DNA of 64,000 nucleotides. It comes from Eledone cirrhosa. Taxonomy: Eukaryota. Shown here piece by piece: positions 50,971 through 64,000 of the stretch; the first letter of the stretch is position 1, and every line of letters starts with the position of its first letter. The DNA lies in assembly GCA_964016885.1 (NCBI GenBank), contig OZ024740.1:167400001-167464000 (forward strand), read 5' to 3'. The position numbers and the translations under genes are program-made. The notes below the pieces were generated by a model. The model was not told the DNA's origin. It worked only from the letters and a program-made list of their open reading frames with translations, and searched no databases.

Positions 50971-51450
50971 ATACTTGGGGAGGGTCATATTTGTGTAATA
51001 TTGCCAGAATTAATAACAGAACTCACTCACTGTTTGGTTGGTTTTCGCTTCTCGCTTCGGTGTCTTTTATATCGGTAATCTAATATACTCGGTCCTCAAT
51101 GTTGCCATTGACTGACCGGCGGTCAAAAATAATACAGATACAATAGAGACACAAACACATATATATAGTTTATCATAAATCTTTCGTTGCACATCTGCAA
51201 CATCGAACAGTGGTGCTATATTTTCCTCCTGTTGTATTGTATGTCTACGCCATTTTTATTCATATGTTTGTGTCTATATTGTATCTGTATTATTTTTGAC
51301 CGCCGGTCAGTCAATGGCAACACTGAGGACCGAGTATATTAGATTACCGATATAAAAGACACAGAAGCGAGAACCAACCAAACAGTGAGTGTGTTCTGTT
51401 ATTAATTCTGGCAATATTACACAAATATGACCCTCCCCAAGTATAACAAT
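50965..51450. repeat. Inverted repeat with ~190-bp arms (PLE terminal fold-back)
   Basis: 50965-51157 is the reverse complement of about 51264-51450; both outer ends carry atgaccctccccaagtataacaat. Confidence 0.9.
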
Positions 51451-51562
51451 ATTTGTTTCGACACACGATTTCATATCAAAAACCTCGCAAAACTATATAT
51501 ATGTGTGTGTGTGTGTGTGTGTATGTGTGTGTGTGTGTGTGTATGTGTGTGTGTGTGTGTGT

Positions 51563-52014
51563 GTAAACATAAGAGCGGTACCCCACCAGGATGCTCTTAC
51601 CGAAAGCCTGAAGCTTGTCCACTTCAACAACAATGCAACACACCCACTGTAGTATATGAATGTGTGATGACTTCCAACGGACCAAATCAACAACAGGACG
51701 TTAAATCCTATGTAGGTATGGCGGAGCGCCGGTTTAAGGAATGCTTCCGCAACCAACAGTCAACCTTTATATACCCGGACAAACGATCGTCCATGAAACT
51801 TGCGAGCCACATATGGTCTCTCAAAAACTCAGGTGTAGACTACTTCATTCAATGGAAAGCTATCACTAAGTCTAAGCCATACGCAAGGGGTAATCCGACT
51901 TGTGGACTGTGTATTGGAGAAGGGATAAATGTTCTAAGGAGATTACGCAATAGCGATTGCTTAAATTCAAGAAATGAGCTTTTCTCACGTTGGAAACACC
52001 TTTTGCATAACTAG
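51563..52014 (+). pseudogene. Penelope-like GIY-YIG endonuclease remnant
   Basis: GCSYRKPEACPLQQQC...VVYECV...SYVGMAERRFKE...LASHIWSLK...IQWK...PY...CGLCIGE...LNSRNELFS. Confidence 0.88.
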
Positions 52015-52443
52015 AAAGCTCTGGATTGAATAACATCAAAATTGTAATGTTCTAATCAACTCGAACAATTTATTCCGGACATCCGCAGTTATCTCTTTTA
52101 CACTTTTTGACCGTGGATTTTTTATCGCCGAGGGGAAGTGACCGTTTCCGCGCATATATATACATATATATATATAAATGAAGTAATTCCGTCGGAAAGG
52201 TACAGGAAAATAGAGTGCTCTATGTAGGTTACAGGGCTTATTAGTTAAGTAATAAACAACATAAGATAATTATTTCATTTACCAGTGGTTGCTTGAAAGC
52301 AAATAAATCTGCTTTCAGTCGTCAGAATGAAAGAAAAGTGGTCTTTTTATGTGAATTTGAAAACAAAAATATAAGAAATATGAAAGCGAGTCTGAGGATA
52401 CAACGAGCGAAGAAGAAAAAAAAGGGGATTATATATATATATA

Positions 52444-52660
52444 TGGTGGCTGCCAACTCGTTTTCGAGTACGGCCACTACTTTATATCCATGTAGGATAA
52501 CCCCTACCGATGCGCTGAACGAGTGTGACTTTTTCGTCCAGCCAGCGACTTGAAAACTCTGGTACAAACACTATATTTGTGACAATTATTGACACATAGT
52601 GTTGGGCCCATGGTACCATGTGACGACAAGTGCAGAGATCTCCAGATATAAAGCAATGCC
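52444..52660 (-). repeat. 3' module of repeat family A
   Basis: 52550-52658 is the reverse complement of 27782-27894; end ggccgtactcgaaaacgag..cagccacc matches 28420-28450. Confidence 0.75.
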
Positions 52661-52684
52661 ATTCATACATACGTATATATATAT

Positions 52685-52730
<46 letters not shown>

Positions 52731-53847
52731 TGTATAAATTGAGTTAGGAACTCAAAATAGTCTCTCACAACAACATAGCCCTAAGAAAGAGATATTTCTG
52801 AGCCGTATATTATAATAGAATATGAAAGAAAATTGAACACAGATACACATACACACATATATAAATATAAATAAACAAATATTTACACACTCGACCACAC
52901 GCATATACTTTAAAAAAACCTGTCACATAAGCGTATAAGATTTGCACCAGTATGGAAAAATATGTTATCGGTAAAATACGGTGTTAATCTTATTTATATT
53001 ATTCTAGAATGCATTGAGATATTAGTTAATAGATAACTAAATAAATAAAGGAAGATATATAATGAAATAATTGATTTTATGGAGACTTAAATAGATTTAT
53101 ATATTCGAGTATTCATCGAAAGTGTGTACAAAATATACACATGCGGTTATAATTTTATACTTGTTGTTACTCATTTAATTTATCGACCTGAATGTAGTTA
53201 TTATAGGCAAAAAATTAAGTTAAACATGTCACCTATATATAAATATAAAGTGGCTTTGAAAGTATTATCATATTTTACCTCAAACATATTTTTTTATATA
53301 AATCCCGGAACCGAAATCTATGTTCACGTTAGTGTCCGTCATTACAACAAGTTGAATTTGACCGGTAAACCAAGAGGTGTATTCCGAGGAATGTGTAACT
53401 GTTAAAAGTTCCTAGCGTGTGGCAATTTAATTTCGGTCAGTTATACGGTGTGATGGTTTAATCTTAGGCAACATAGAAAAGCCATATAGGTCATAACTAA
53501 CAGCCCGTGTTATTATTTAGTGTTACCTTTACTTAGTGAGCCCGATAGCTCCCCAGCTGCGTGTTATGCACACGAAGTCTTCCCCGCGAGGTTTAAATAA
53601 ACACAAGATGGGAATATAATGTACCTCCACAACAAAAATATAATACTGAAATATTGATATAGGACAAGCGTCCATAGGTAGACAAAATTACGTTTTTATT
53701 CTCAAAAGTCTTTACTATTTTATATTTCCGAAAAGTTAGTATGTTCGGTGTTCCATCTTCCAGACTGCATCCCTTGAGAGCTTAACTTTGTCATGGCAGG
53801 GTGAGTCTCATCTCCGCTGTTTACTGTGGCATCGATGTGAAATCACC

Positions 53848-53891
<44 letters not shown>

Positions 53892-53920
53892 TGTGTGTTT
53901 TGTGTGTGCGTATGTATGTG

Positions 53921-53960
<40 letters not shown>

Positions 53961-53979
53961 CATATATATATATGTATAA

Positions 53980-54027
<48 letters not shown>

Positions 54028-54823
54028 ATGTGTGTATATACATATATGCATACATATATACATGTGTTTCTGCATGTATATACATATTTATATACGAAAT
54101 TGTAGACGATATAAAAAGCCAGTAGTGCGATCTAGTGAACCTCATATTGTTTAAGTTCTGTATAGTTCTCAAAGACATGAACTATTATCAATGATGTACC
54201 AATGTTGAATGTATTTTTAATATTCTTTACAGAAATATTTTTTGTAATTTACTTTGTTCTACAATTACTTGTAGAAGAGGAAGAGTGTATCCTAAGTAGA
54301 CAATGTTTGCTGAAAAAACTACTTATACACACACACGAGGCAAGTTGTCTCCTTGTACATTCTTTCATGTCTTATTTAATAATCATCTTATACTCTCTGT
54401 CTAAGAATATTCTGACATAAAGCTTTTAGAGCGTTAACTAGTTGGAATGTATTTATGTCATGTATCCATTTTTACTTGAGACAACATTATTGTCAATCAT
54501 TCTCGTCCAGTTACTTACCAAATCCTCCTAATCATCATCGTAAAATGCAAAATCGAATTGCACTTACTGGAAAACTATTTTGGTGGTTCTCATTTGACAA
54601 AACCAGAAAGCTTGGCTCTCGTTCAAAATTATAACAAAAATTCTAGACCTGGTATCATTTTCTCTAAGTCTATACGACAAGTATATTGAATGGTTCCAAC
54701 GCTTTTAACAATTAGTAGTAGCCAAATGTAACAAAATATATCATGCGATATGATGAAATGATGATACGTCACACTGATAAGTGTTGACAGTTGTCAAGAT
54801 TGGTTTTCCAAAATATTATATAC

Positions 54824-54892
<69 letters not shown>

Positions 54893-57800
54893 TGCTTTTT
54901 ACTAGTCTAACCGGACACATGTTATAACAATTTCAGACAATATGTTCCACTGAAAGATATTTCTTCAGATAGCATTATTCAACAGAAATACTTTTTGTCT
55001 TTACACATGTATATTTTACTTGGTATTTTACTGAATGGTGTACAAATGTTTCATGTTGTTATAGGTTTGAAACCTATGTGATGAGATAAGTTATATTAAC
55101 ATTAAGAACAATCGCTATGTGTAATGCTTCTAATAGAAAACTCTGTTATAATACATGTATAGTGTCTTACACTTAAATCATAGATAACATTAGTTTGCTA
55201 TTAGGAAGTGAAGAGTGATAAATGACATTCTTGCTTCCTGGCCATCAAGAAGATAATATATCCGTTATCGGAGTTGTTCTTTGATGTCACATCTTAACAT
55301 AACATACAATGTTGAACATTAATACCAGGATATCTAATATCATCACTCACAATACCGTCAACAACAACAACTACAAAGCCATCGCAACGATTCGGTAATG
55401 ATAGTTCAGTATATTTCGAGTTCATGTTTAACAATTCTTCAGAACTAATCGTGGTGATCACGGATCAAAGACATTCCTGTCATGAACATCCTGACATTTA
55501 TCTTCTCAGAAAAAACTTACGACTGCATTACACATGTGTCCTTTTAAAATCGTGATAATTTGAAAGACAGATTTGTTTACGATGTTTTTAGGTTGTTTCT
55601 TTAATTATTATTAATAAAACATATTTATCTAATAGATTTGACTACTATATTTAGCAATCTGACAAACACACAGAGGTCCTGTTATCGGCTTCTCTCCTAT
55701 TATTAAGTATCTTCTTACGAGACAGATATCTATGTAACATATTTTACGTTAAGGTAAGTCTATGTACGACCACTAATATGAAAATATATTATATTCAATT
55801 ATATATTATATTCACATGTACTGTGGCTAAATGCTAATCTACCTTTTCGCTGAATGCTGTCTGTAATTCATATTTCATTATAAAGAAAGTAATATTTAAT
55901 TCTGTTAATGCTATATTCGAATAATGATGGGTCTCTCAAGAAGTGATTTTAAAATTCCAGTTCTTTCAATTATATCAACAAATTCAAGGCAGGCTTTCAC
56001 GAATGATTTTGTTATTGAAGAAAATTGTTCGAAATATATAATCTAGTAGATAATTGAAAGATCAATGCTCTGTAAATCATGCAAGTGTATGTGTAGTGTA
56101 TGTGTAGTGTATATGTAATGTATATGTAGCGACAATGGTCTGTCTCCCATGCATTAGCAAACACCAAAATACTGATACAAAAGCCAAAATCACCTCTGAA
56201 AACAACTACTTATTATATTAAAGAAGTTTCCTTTTAAGTTGGTTAATTCGTAATTATGTGGATTGAATATGTAAACAAAATGTGAATAAAGAGCGAACCA
56301 GATTGTTGTTCCCAACGCGGTTGTTGGTGTTATGTAACATAATTATCCAGATGTTGAATCTTCAAGTATGCTACAAAGTGCCAATAATTCACGGATTAAT
56401 TTAGTATAAATATTGTATTAGGAAAAGCTAGTCAGGAGTGATTGGATGAATGATGTTATACATTATATTACATAACACGTATTTCATTACTGTTACAGAA
56501 TCATCTACGAGAACTGATTTGCTGAGATGGGGGATAATGGCAATGAATGGAGAATGAAAAAAAATGCACTTATTCAGCTCATGTAGATTGTTGCTTAACA
56601 GAAATGTAATATGTATTAGATAACATAATGTAAAAAATGTTTCTTCAAATCTCTCCTCTCTTCTTTCCTAGTTTTCCTAACACACTATATATATATATAT
56701 ATAAACATATATAAATATATGTAACTTGTAACCCGCATCTAATTTATGTTGGAAATTTGTTTTAGTTTCATGCAAAGAATATAGCTGGGATTGCTATATG
56801 TTTGAAGTTCAATTTGGTAGGTTGGGGAAGAACATGTGATTAGAAACCGAATGATGCCGCAATTTCACGCCAAAAAATGTTTCAGTTCTATGAAGAAACG
56901 TGGTTCGAATTGTTATCTGTTTAAAGTATACTTTGATAGGCTGAGGATGATCATGTAATTAGGCCCCTAATTTGCTGGTACTTCCCGCCAACCACACACA
57001 TGCATAAACAAAATTCCTCTAACTTGACTACTGAATACACGAAAAACAGATATGAATTGCCACTGTCTATATTCACTATACCATGGCACTCCAGTTTTTT
57101 AGCGTGAATTGTATTTCTATCCGGCAGATCAATACGTGCGACAAATTCTTTGTCGACTATATTACATCGAATGCTGGCATAAAGTATATTCGTGTGGGAA
57201 ATTTTAGACTATGCCTGTATCTTTTTTGGAAGTGAATGGAATATATATACTTCCAGAAAAAATGAAACTAAGTATCAATCAAGCAGTGGCTCCCCCTTTT
57301 GATGAAAATATACTGGTGTCTTTCACTTTAATTTGTCAGTCGGCAAATTATGAAAAATCACAAAACCCCTTGTCTTTGAAAGCTATAGTGAATATATATT
57401 GAAGAAAAACACTTAGTTTCGCTTCATGATTCTAAATTCATTAAATACCCGGCAAACCGTTTTGCTTATTATATTTGCGTCCCTAACGAAATTAGTTGCT
57501 ACAAATACTTCTCTGAAAAATGTACTCTCTTACGCATTTTATCTCTCATATACAATCACCTCTCTCTTTCTTCCTCTCAAACACGATCTTTCTCGCACAT
57601 TCCCTCACCCTCCTCTCAAAATATTAAACTAGGCTAATCTACAGAAAGCCTTATTGACCCACACTTGAGATTATCCTGTCGAAATTAATTTATGCAGAAA
57701 AAGGTTCTATGTAAATCAATAGCTTTCGTTGTCAGGAGTATAAAGATTTATTACGCTACTGAATGTTTCAAAAATATCTGAAACGATTGTTCTTTCACAT

Positions 57801-58037
57801 AAACATATACAGATATGAACAAATACATACATACAGACACACACGCACATATGTATACACATACACACATACATACACATAATATATAATATATGTACAT
57901 TATATACGTATATAAATAAATACATGTATGTATATATATATATATATATATGGAAAGTTATATTTAAATTGTTGGGTTACAACTAGTAAATATTAATAAC
58001 TGATATAAAAGCACTCGACAAGTATTTGGAGTATATT

Positions 58038-60424
58038 TACGATATTAAATAAATGGAAACTATATTTATAAAACTATATTTATTTCATTATATATATTTC
58101 AGGGATATCATATTAACAATATGCTATGCCTTCCTCAGACAAAATACAATATAAACAGTTTTATAGATAAATAGATTTGACATACCGTACAACATCGACT
58201 TGTATTTGAAAAGTTGAATTGGCAGTGAAAAAATTGTAAACAGAAAGAAAGAAAGAGAGAAAAAAGGAAAGAAAGACAGAAAACGAAGAAAAAGAAGAAA
58301 AAAAGAAATGCATGGAACAAAATAGAGAGATGGAAATATAGATAGAGAGAAGAACTTCATGTAAAGAAACAGAGAGAGATATAGAGAGAGAGAGGAAATA
58401 GATAGAGATAGATATATATATAGAAAAATATGTAGTTGGACATCCGTTGAGTAAACGTATCAATGATACATTTATTTATTTATTTATTTATTTAGCTCTA
58501 GTATTAATGTAAGGGAGATATATGTGGTTAGGAGAGAAACCAGCTGTTATATAGAGAGAAAAATGAAAAGTAACCAGACATAGGCGAGGCATAAAAACCC
58601 TATGTTTTAATGTAGAAGTATTAATATGTATAAAAACCAGGCACTATATTGAAAATATCAGTATTCCTGAATGAGACACGTATCCATAATGTGTGAAAAG
58701 TAATGATCTTATGTTTAGTTTTAAAAAATTCATATGTTTATATGATAACTACAAACATCGATGTGAATTTACAAGCTAGATAACGTTAGATATTCGACGG
58801 CTTGGAATATAGTCTCAAGAGGGATTCCTTTTAATTCATCCTCTGAGACATGTGACCTCTGCGCAGAGGAGATATTCTTTATACTAAAATCTAAAAATTC
58901 CCTTAATCTACGGACAAATTTATTCAGTTGCTGCAAACATAGATTAAACTCAACTTTTAAATATAAATTTAAATTCAAAATGTAGTATATTTAGTTTGAT
59001 TTATAATTATTTGGGAAACTAGCCGATAAATCTTTCGATTTCTTCTTTTTATTCTTCTTTTTATTTTTATTTTTATTTAAACATTCTTCATGGAAAATTA
59101 AACTACCCTAAAAGTTGATGCTCCAAATATTTCGAATAAACGTTACACTAGATAAACTTCTATATTAAATATAAGAACACATGTAGACCAAATGGGCATC
59201 CTAAACTTTTTGAAATGATTTTTGCTAGATGCGATTTGATAAATAATTTTTAGCTTTATCTGTTTTCGACTCTGATGCTTATAATGAACTTGGCAATATA
59301 TTGTCAATTAATTTTGAAGGGTTGGTCTTTGTGGTTTATTTTTATTATTATAGTATTTTCTAATATTTTTATTTTTAATATGTAATATTTTTAATATGTA
59401 ATATTTTTTCGTAATATTTTTTAGTTTTCTATTTTATTATTATTTATTTATTATTATTATTATTATTATTGTTGTTTTTTGGTTTTTGTTTCTGATATAT
59501 TTTTTATTAATATATTGAAATCTGCTCTCTATTTCTGCTTGATAGATAATCTTGTAGAGTAAAGACAAGAATAGTAGTAATATAGACTCTATATATGTGT
59601 ATATATATACACATATGTGTATACTTAAATTTTTATAGCACAATGAGAATGTTTTCCGTGTGAACTTAGGGTTTGCAGAGTTGATCATGTAAATTCACAT
59701 CGATGTTTGTAGTTATCATATAAACATATGAATTTTTTAAAACTAAACATAAGATCATTACTTTTCACACATTATGGATACGTGTCTCATTCAGGAATAC
59801 TGATATTTTCAATATAGTGCCTGGTTTTTATACATATTAATACTTCTACATTAAAACATAGGGTTTTTATGCCTCGCCTATGTCTGGTTACTTTTCATTT
59901 TTCTCTATATATAACAGCTGGTTTCTCTCCTAACCACATATATCTCCCTTACATTAATACTAGAGCTAAATAAATAAATAAATAAATAAATGTATCATTG
60001 ATACGTTTACTCAACGGATGTCCAACTACATATTTTTCTATATATATATCTATCTCTATCTATTTCCTCTCTCTATATATATCTCTCTCTGTTTCTTTAC
60101 ATGAAGTTCTTCTCTTTATCTATCTTTCCATCTCTCTATTTTGTTCCATGCATTTCTTCTTTTTCTTCTTTTTCTTCGTTTTCTGTCTTTCTTTCCTTTT
60201 TTCTCTCTTTCTTTCTTTCTGTTTACAATTTTTTCACTGCCAATTCAACTTTTCAAATACAAGTCGATGTTGTACGGTATGTCAAATCTATTTATCTATA
60301 AAACTGTTTATATTGTATTTTGTCTGAGGAAGGCATAGCATATTGTTAATATGATATCCCTGAAATATATATAATGAAATAAATATGGTTTTATAAATAT
60401 AGTTTCCATTTATTTAATATCGTA
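58038..60424 (+). mobile_element. 5'-truncated Penelope-like element with ~737-bp inverted terminal duplication
   Basis: 58038-58773 is the reverse complement of 59688-60424; spacer starts with GIY-YIG C-terminus WNIVSRGIPFNSSSETCDLCAEE...LNLRTNLFSCCKHR (58773-58985); hammerhead-like core at 60318-60376. Confidence 0.88.
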
Positions 60425-60568
60425 TATATATATATATATATTTATTAAAATAACAGATTAAAGTTTGTCTCTTTGGATTTTAGTCTTCAAATTTATTATT
60501 ATTACTATATATATATATATATATATACGAATAAACATATATACATACACACACATATAAACACACAT

Positions 60569-60616
<48 letters not shown>

Positions 60617-60705
60617 GTGTACAAATACAAACACAGACAGATATATACATTCAAGCTTACATGTATATATGTTTGTATGTATGTATGTTTATATATATAT
60701 ATATG

Positions 60706-60806
<101 letters not shown>

Positions 60807-61274
60807 ATATATACATATATGTCTGTAGAACATTATGAATTCCACAAACACTCACAAACACTTACACATCCATGTCCGCGTGTGTATAACCATATGCAGT
60901 GTATTTTGTTTCTATTGTGATATAGCTGCATTGCCTAGCACTAAGTTACTGTATTATTTATGGTTCATTCATCGGTCTTGGCAAGTAAACTCGGTACAAA
61001 TGTATACATGTACTACTTTGGGACAACAAAAGTATACACGGCGATGCACCGAAGTCAACTTTACACACCAAACATTGCATCAGTCAAATTATCTAGCTTT
61101 TCTTGGAATTGCATTTTTTTCTATAACTTCTGAATCTAGTTGTTGTTTTGATATTTTATATTTGAGTTTGATTTTTCTATGACTCACGGGAGTTTACTTT
61201 TTCAGTCTCTAAATGGAAACACATATCTGTTTATTACGATAAAAACTGTATAAACATGATATTATTTACAGTAA

Positions 61275-62965
61275 CAATAATAATAATAATGATTTCATTT
61301 ATTAGCCACAAGGGCCGACATGTAGGGGACAATAGAATGACAGGGACAGTGGGGGTTTACAATAAGATCGAGTAAAAGTGCACAATGGCAAGACTAATTT
61401 AACACTGAAGATATACAAATATAAAATAAACTATGCATAAATATAACAAAATAAATTCCCAGATAAGGGGTTGACGACGCTGGGGTGACTCTCTGGTACC
61501 TCACTAATCCGGAACCACCCTGCGCTTCTAGGGCACCCAGGGAGAGCACCCCTCTCCTCAAGTTAGCTAGCCTATAGTCGCATGGTCAGAGTAGGCCCAT
61601 ACACACGGGCCATTCTCGCCACATTCATCCACCTTTTAGCAAATGTACTGGGGGGCAGCACTTGTCTCTCCACCCTCACCTTCCTTTCCAGGTGAAACTT
61701 GTAGAAGTTGATTGGCTGAAGGGAAAACTGTCTGTCTTCACTCATTTTAATCTGGTCTACTATATAACCTCTTTCGCAACGGCCACCAGACAGAGGAACA
61801 ATTCCTGCTCTTCCTGACCTGAGGATGGCGGCAGTTCGATGTTCACTATGGACTCGGCCGATAGCCGGATTCGTTCCACACGCGACAGTAGCTGTTCGAC
61901 ATAACTCCACAAGTCAGTAATGCAGGGACATTGGACAAGTGAGTGCAGAACGGTTTCGTCGTTCTGTGCGCATCTTGGGCAGGTCCGTATGACATCACTT
62001 CCGTGCCTGTAGAGTTTATCCCGAACCGGCAGTGCCCCCCGGTAGCACTGCCAAGCGAGGGATTTCTGGGAATTGTCCATCGTCCTCGGCTCAAAAGTCC
62101 TCCGGTACAGACTGGTCAGTTCGACTTCGTCGGGGCCCAAAGCTTCTCCCAGTGTGTCATCGCACTTGTCCACCACTAATCCTCTCTAGAACTCTAGAGT
62201 GGAAGTTCCACTGATCGCATTGCCCGCTTGGCAGTGAGTGCCTGGCAACATTCCAGGTGCCAGTTACCCAGTCTCGGTCCCTTCTTGACCCAGGACTGCA
62301 GCTCAGTCAAAGAAACGAGCTGCGGAAAGCTCCATCTGATAAACGGCGACCACACCTGTTCACCGTTTAGGCAGAATATCTGGAGATGTCGCAGCCTCAA
62401 CGCATGTCTGTGCATCATTAGCCACGGCATGCCCAGCCTTCCGAGTAGAGGGTGCTGGCAGCAGATGGACCGCCTCACCAACGGATCTGGTCCCCGCCAC
62501 GAGAATTTGAAGAGGAGCCGTTCCAACTTGACGAGGCGAGGACGGGTGAAAGGCACGACGGTCAGGTAGATGACGGACGCAATGTACGCATTCGCCACCT
62601 CCGCGCGACCTTTCAGTGATAGCTTCCTCTCAGCCCATTTTTGGGTGAGACTGGCTACTCCGCTCGTTACTTCGTCCCAATTCTTTTTCACCTGGAGGTC
62701 TGGTCCGAAACAAATCCCGAGCAGCTTTACCTGTCCGTCTGTCCATCGCCCCACGATGCTGTTGGACGTCATAGGCTTGCCTCTCCAGGTTCCGAGCAGC
62801 AAGCCCACCGACTTTTCCGGGTTTAGTTTGGCTCCTGTCAAGCTTTCATATTCCTTCAACAAGGTGCCAACAACCTCGATTTCTGAGGTGTCCGACACCA
62901 TCACTGTGATGTCGTCCGCATAACCGCATATACCGCGTTTCCACGTCCCGGTTCGAGCGGGATGC
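61275..62965 (-). mobile_element. L1/Tx1-clade LINE, 5'-truncated (RT C-terminus, zinc finger, 3'UTR)
   Basis: YADDITV, GAKLNPEKS, KLLGI, WAERKLSLKGRA, LAWQCYRGALPV, CPRC...ETVLHSLVQC; aataaa followed by (tta)n tail near 61275-61295. Confidence 0.93.
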
Positions 62966-63620
62966 CCTGCAACAGCACCACCGCCACCACCATCACTACC
63001 ACACCAAAAACTCTAGTCAAGTTACCTCAACTTCTATTTCTACTTCAACTTCAACACCATCACTACAGTACTACGATCACATCACCACCACCACTGCCTC
63101 ATTATCGCTACCGTCGCTATTTTCTCCCACTACCTCCTGCTAAGTACTACCAGCACAGCACCACCACCACCACCACCACTGCCTCATTTTCACTACCGAC
63201 GCTATTCTCTCCCACTACATCCTGCTAAGACATGCATCGTAGTGTCCCCACTAAAAGAGGAAGGCATCAAAAGATATAAATAGACTGATTTGATGACCCG
63301 GTCAAAAAATCAAAAAAACAAACATCAAAATCAAAACAGCACAGCAACAACGAAAAACGTAAAGAAAAGTGAAAAGAAAAACAAACAGAAAGACAGAGAA
63401 GGAAAAAAAAAAACTAAGTCTACATTCAAACATTACATTACAATGAAATTTATGGTTATTCTTTTTTTTTGTTGGGGCGGGGGAGGGGTACCTATTTGGT
63501 TGTTTGTTTATTTATGTTCGTCTGCAGCGTGATAGTGCCACACTAAAATCACCAATCCTCGATAAGAGTGTTTAAATGTCGAACCTAAACAGTTCGAATA
63601 ACGGTGAAGTGGAGACTGGA

Positions 63621-64000
63621 ATGTCATGTGACAGACTCTCACCCAGCAGCTGCTCCCTGGCTCAGCAGCAGGGACCTGGCTGTCAACCACATACTGCTGG
63701 TGTCGGAGGAAGAAGAAGAAAAGGGACCAGAACCAACTGGACGAAAGAATTGAATAGAACTGTTATGCAATGCTACCTGAAGAGTAACCCCAAGGAGAAA
63801 GGCTATAGGAAACGGATGCATAACATCTGGAACGAGATTGGTCTATTTAAATTAGATCAACAAAAATTGGCTGGGCAGGCTCGGATAATAAGAACTAATG
63901 GGTGGATAAGCGAGCTGGAACTGGAGGAACTGAGCAGAGAGATTAGGTTGGAAATGGAGAGTGGACTATGCCAGGCAAACAAGCCAGTGGGAAATGAAGG
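63621..64000 (+). mobile_element. R4/Dong-clade non-LTR retrotransposon ORF N-terminus (runs off the window)
   Basis: Open frame from ATG 63621: ...NWTKELNRTVMQCYLKSNPKEKGYRKRMHNIW...QQKLAGQARIIRTNGWISELELEEL, matching the recalled Dong/Rex6 N-terminal pattern. Confidence 0.85.

Noticed and set aside
58124-58463. Duplicated hydrophobic ORFs (also 59998-60338 and 48424/48924)
   Set aside because: Products of inverted repeats over low-complexity CT-rich DNA, not paralogous membrane-protein genes.
62980-63230. Thr/Pro/His-rich ORF
   Set aside because: Degenerate (CAC/TAC)n low-complexity tract.

Overview
AT-rich, microsatellite-dense eukaryotic DNA, most likely intronic or intergenic sequence from an octopod cephalopod (inferred from the tRNA-derived SINE and the repeat landscape). 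No host protein-coding gene can be identified with confidence, and most entries in the ORF track are translations of (TA)n, (CA)n, (GA)n or (TTC)n repeats. The window is a mosaic of transposons. It holds about 10 copies of one tRNA-derived SINE (several with clear TSDs), a second SINE family, RTE, L1/Tx1 and R4/Dong LINE pieces, and mariner, maT (DD37D), Chapaev3-like and Helitron-like DNA elements. The most notable layer is a dense set of Penelope-like element (PLE) remnants sitting in (TA)n tracts. These include five GIY-YIG endonuclease fragments, at least seven fold-back structures with arms of about 65-740 bp, and about a dozen type I hammerhead-ribozyme-like motifs. Three unrelated families carry a U3-A8 core (UUGANAA) in place of the usual C3-G8 (CUGANGA). 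All structures were folded by eye and coordinates are approximate to a few bases.
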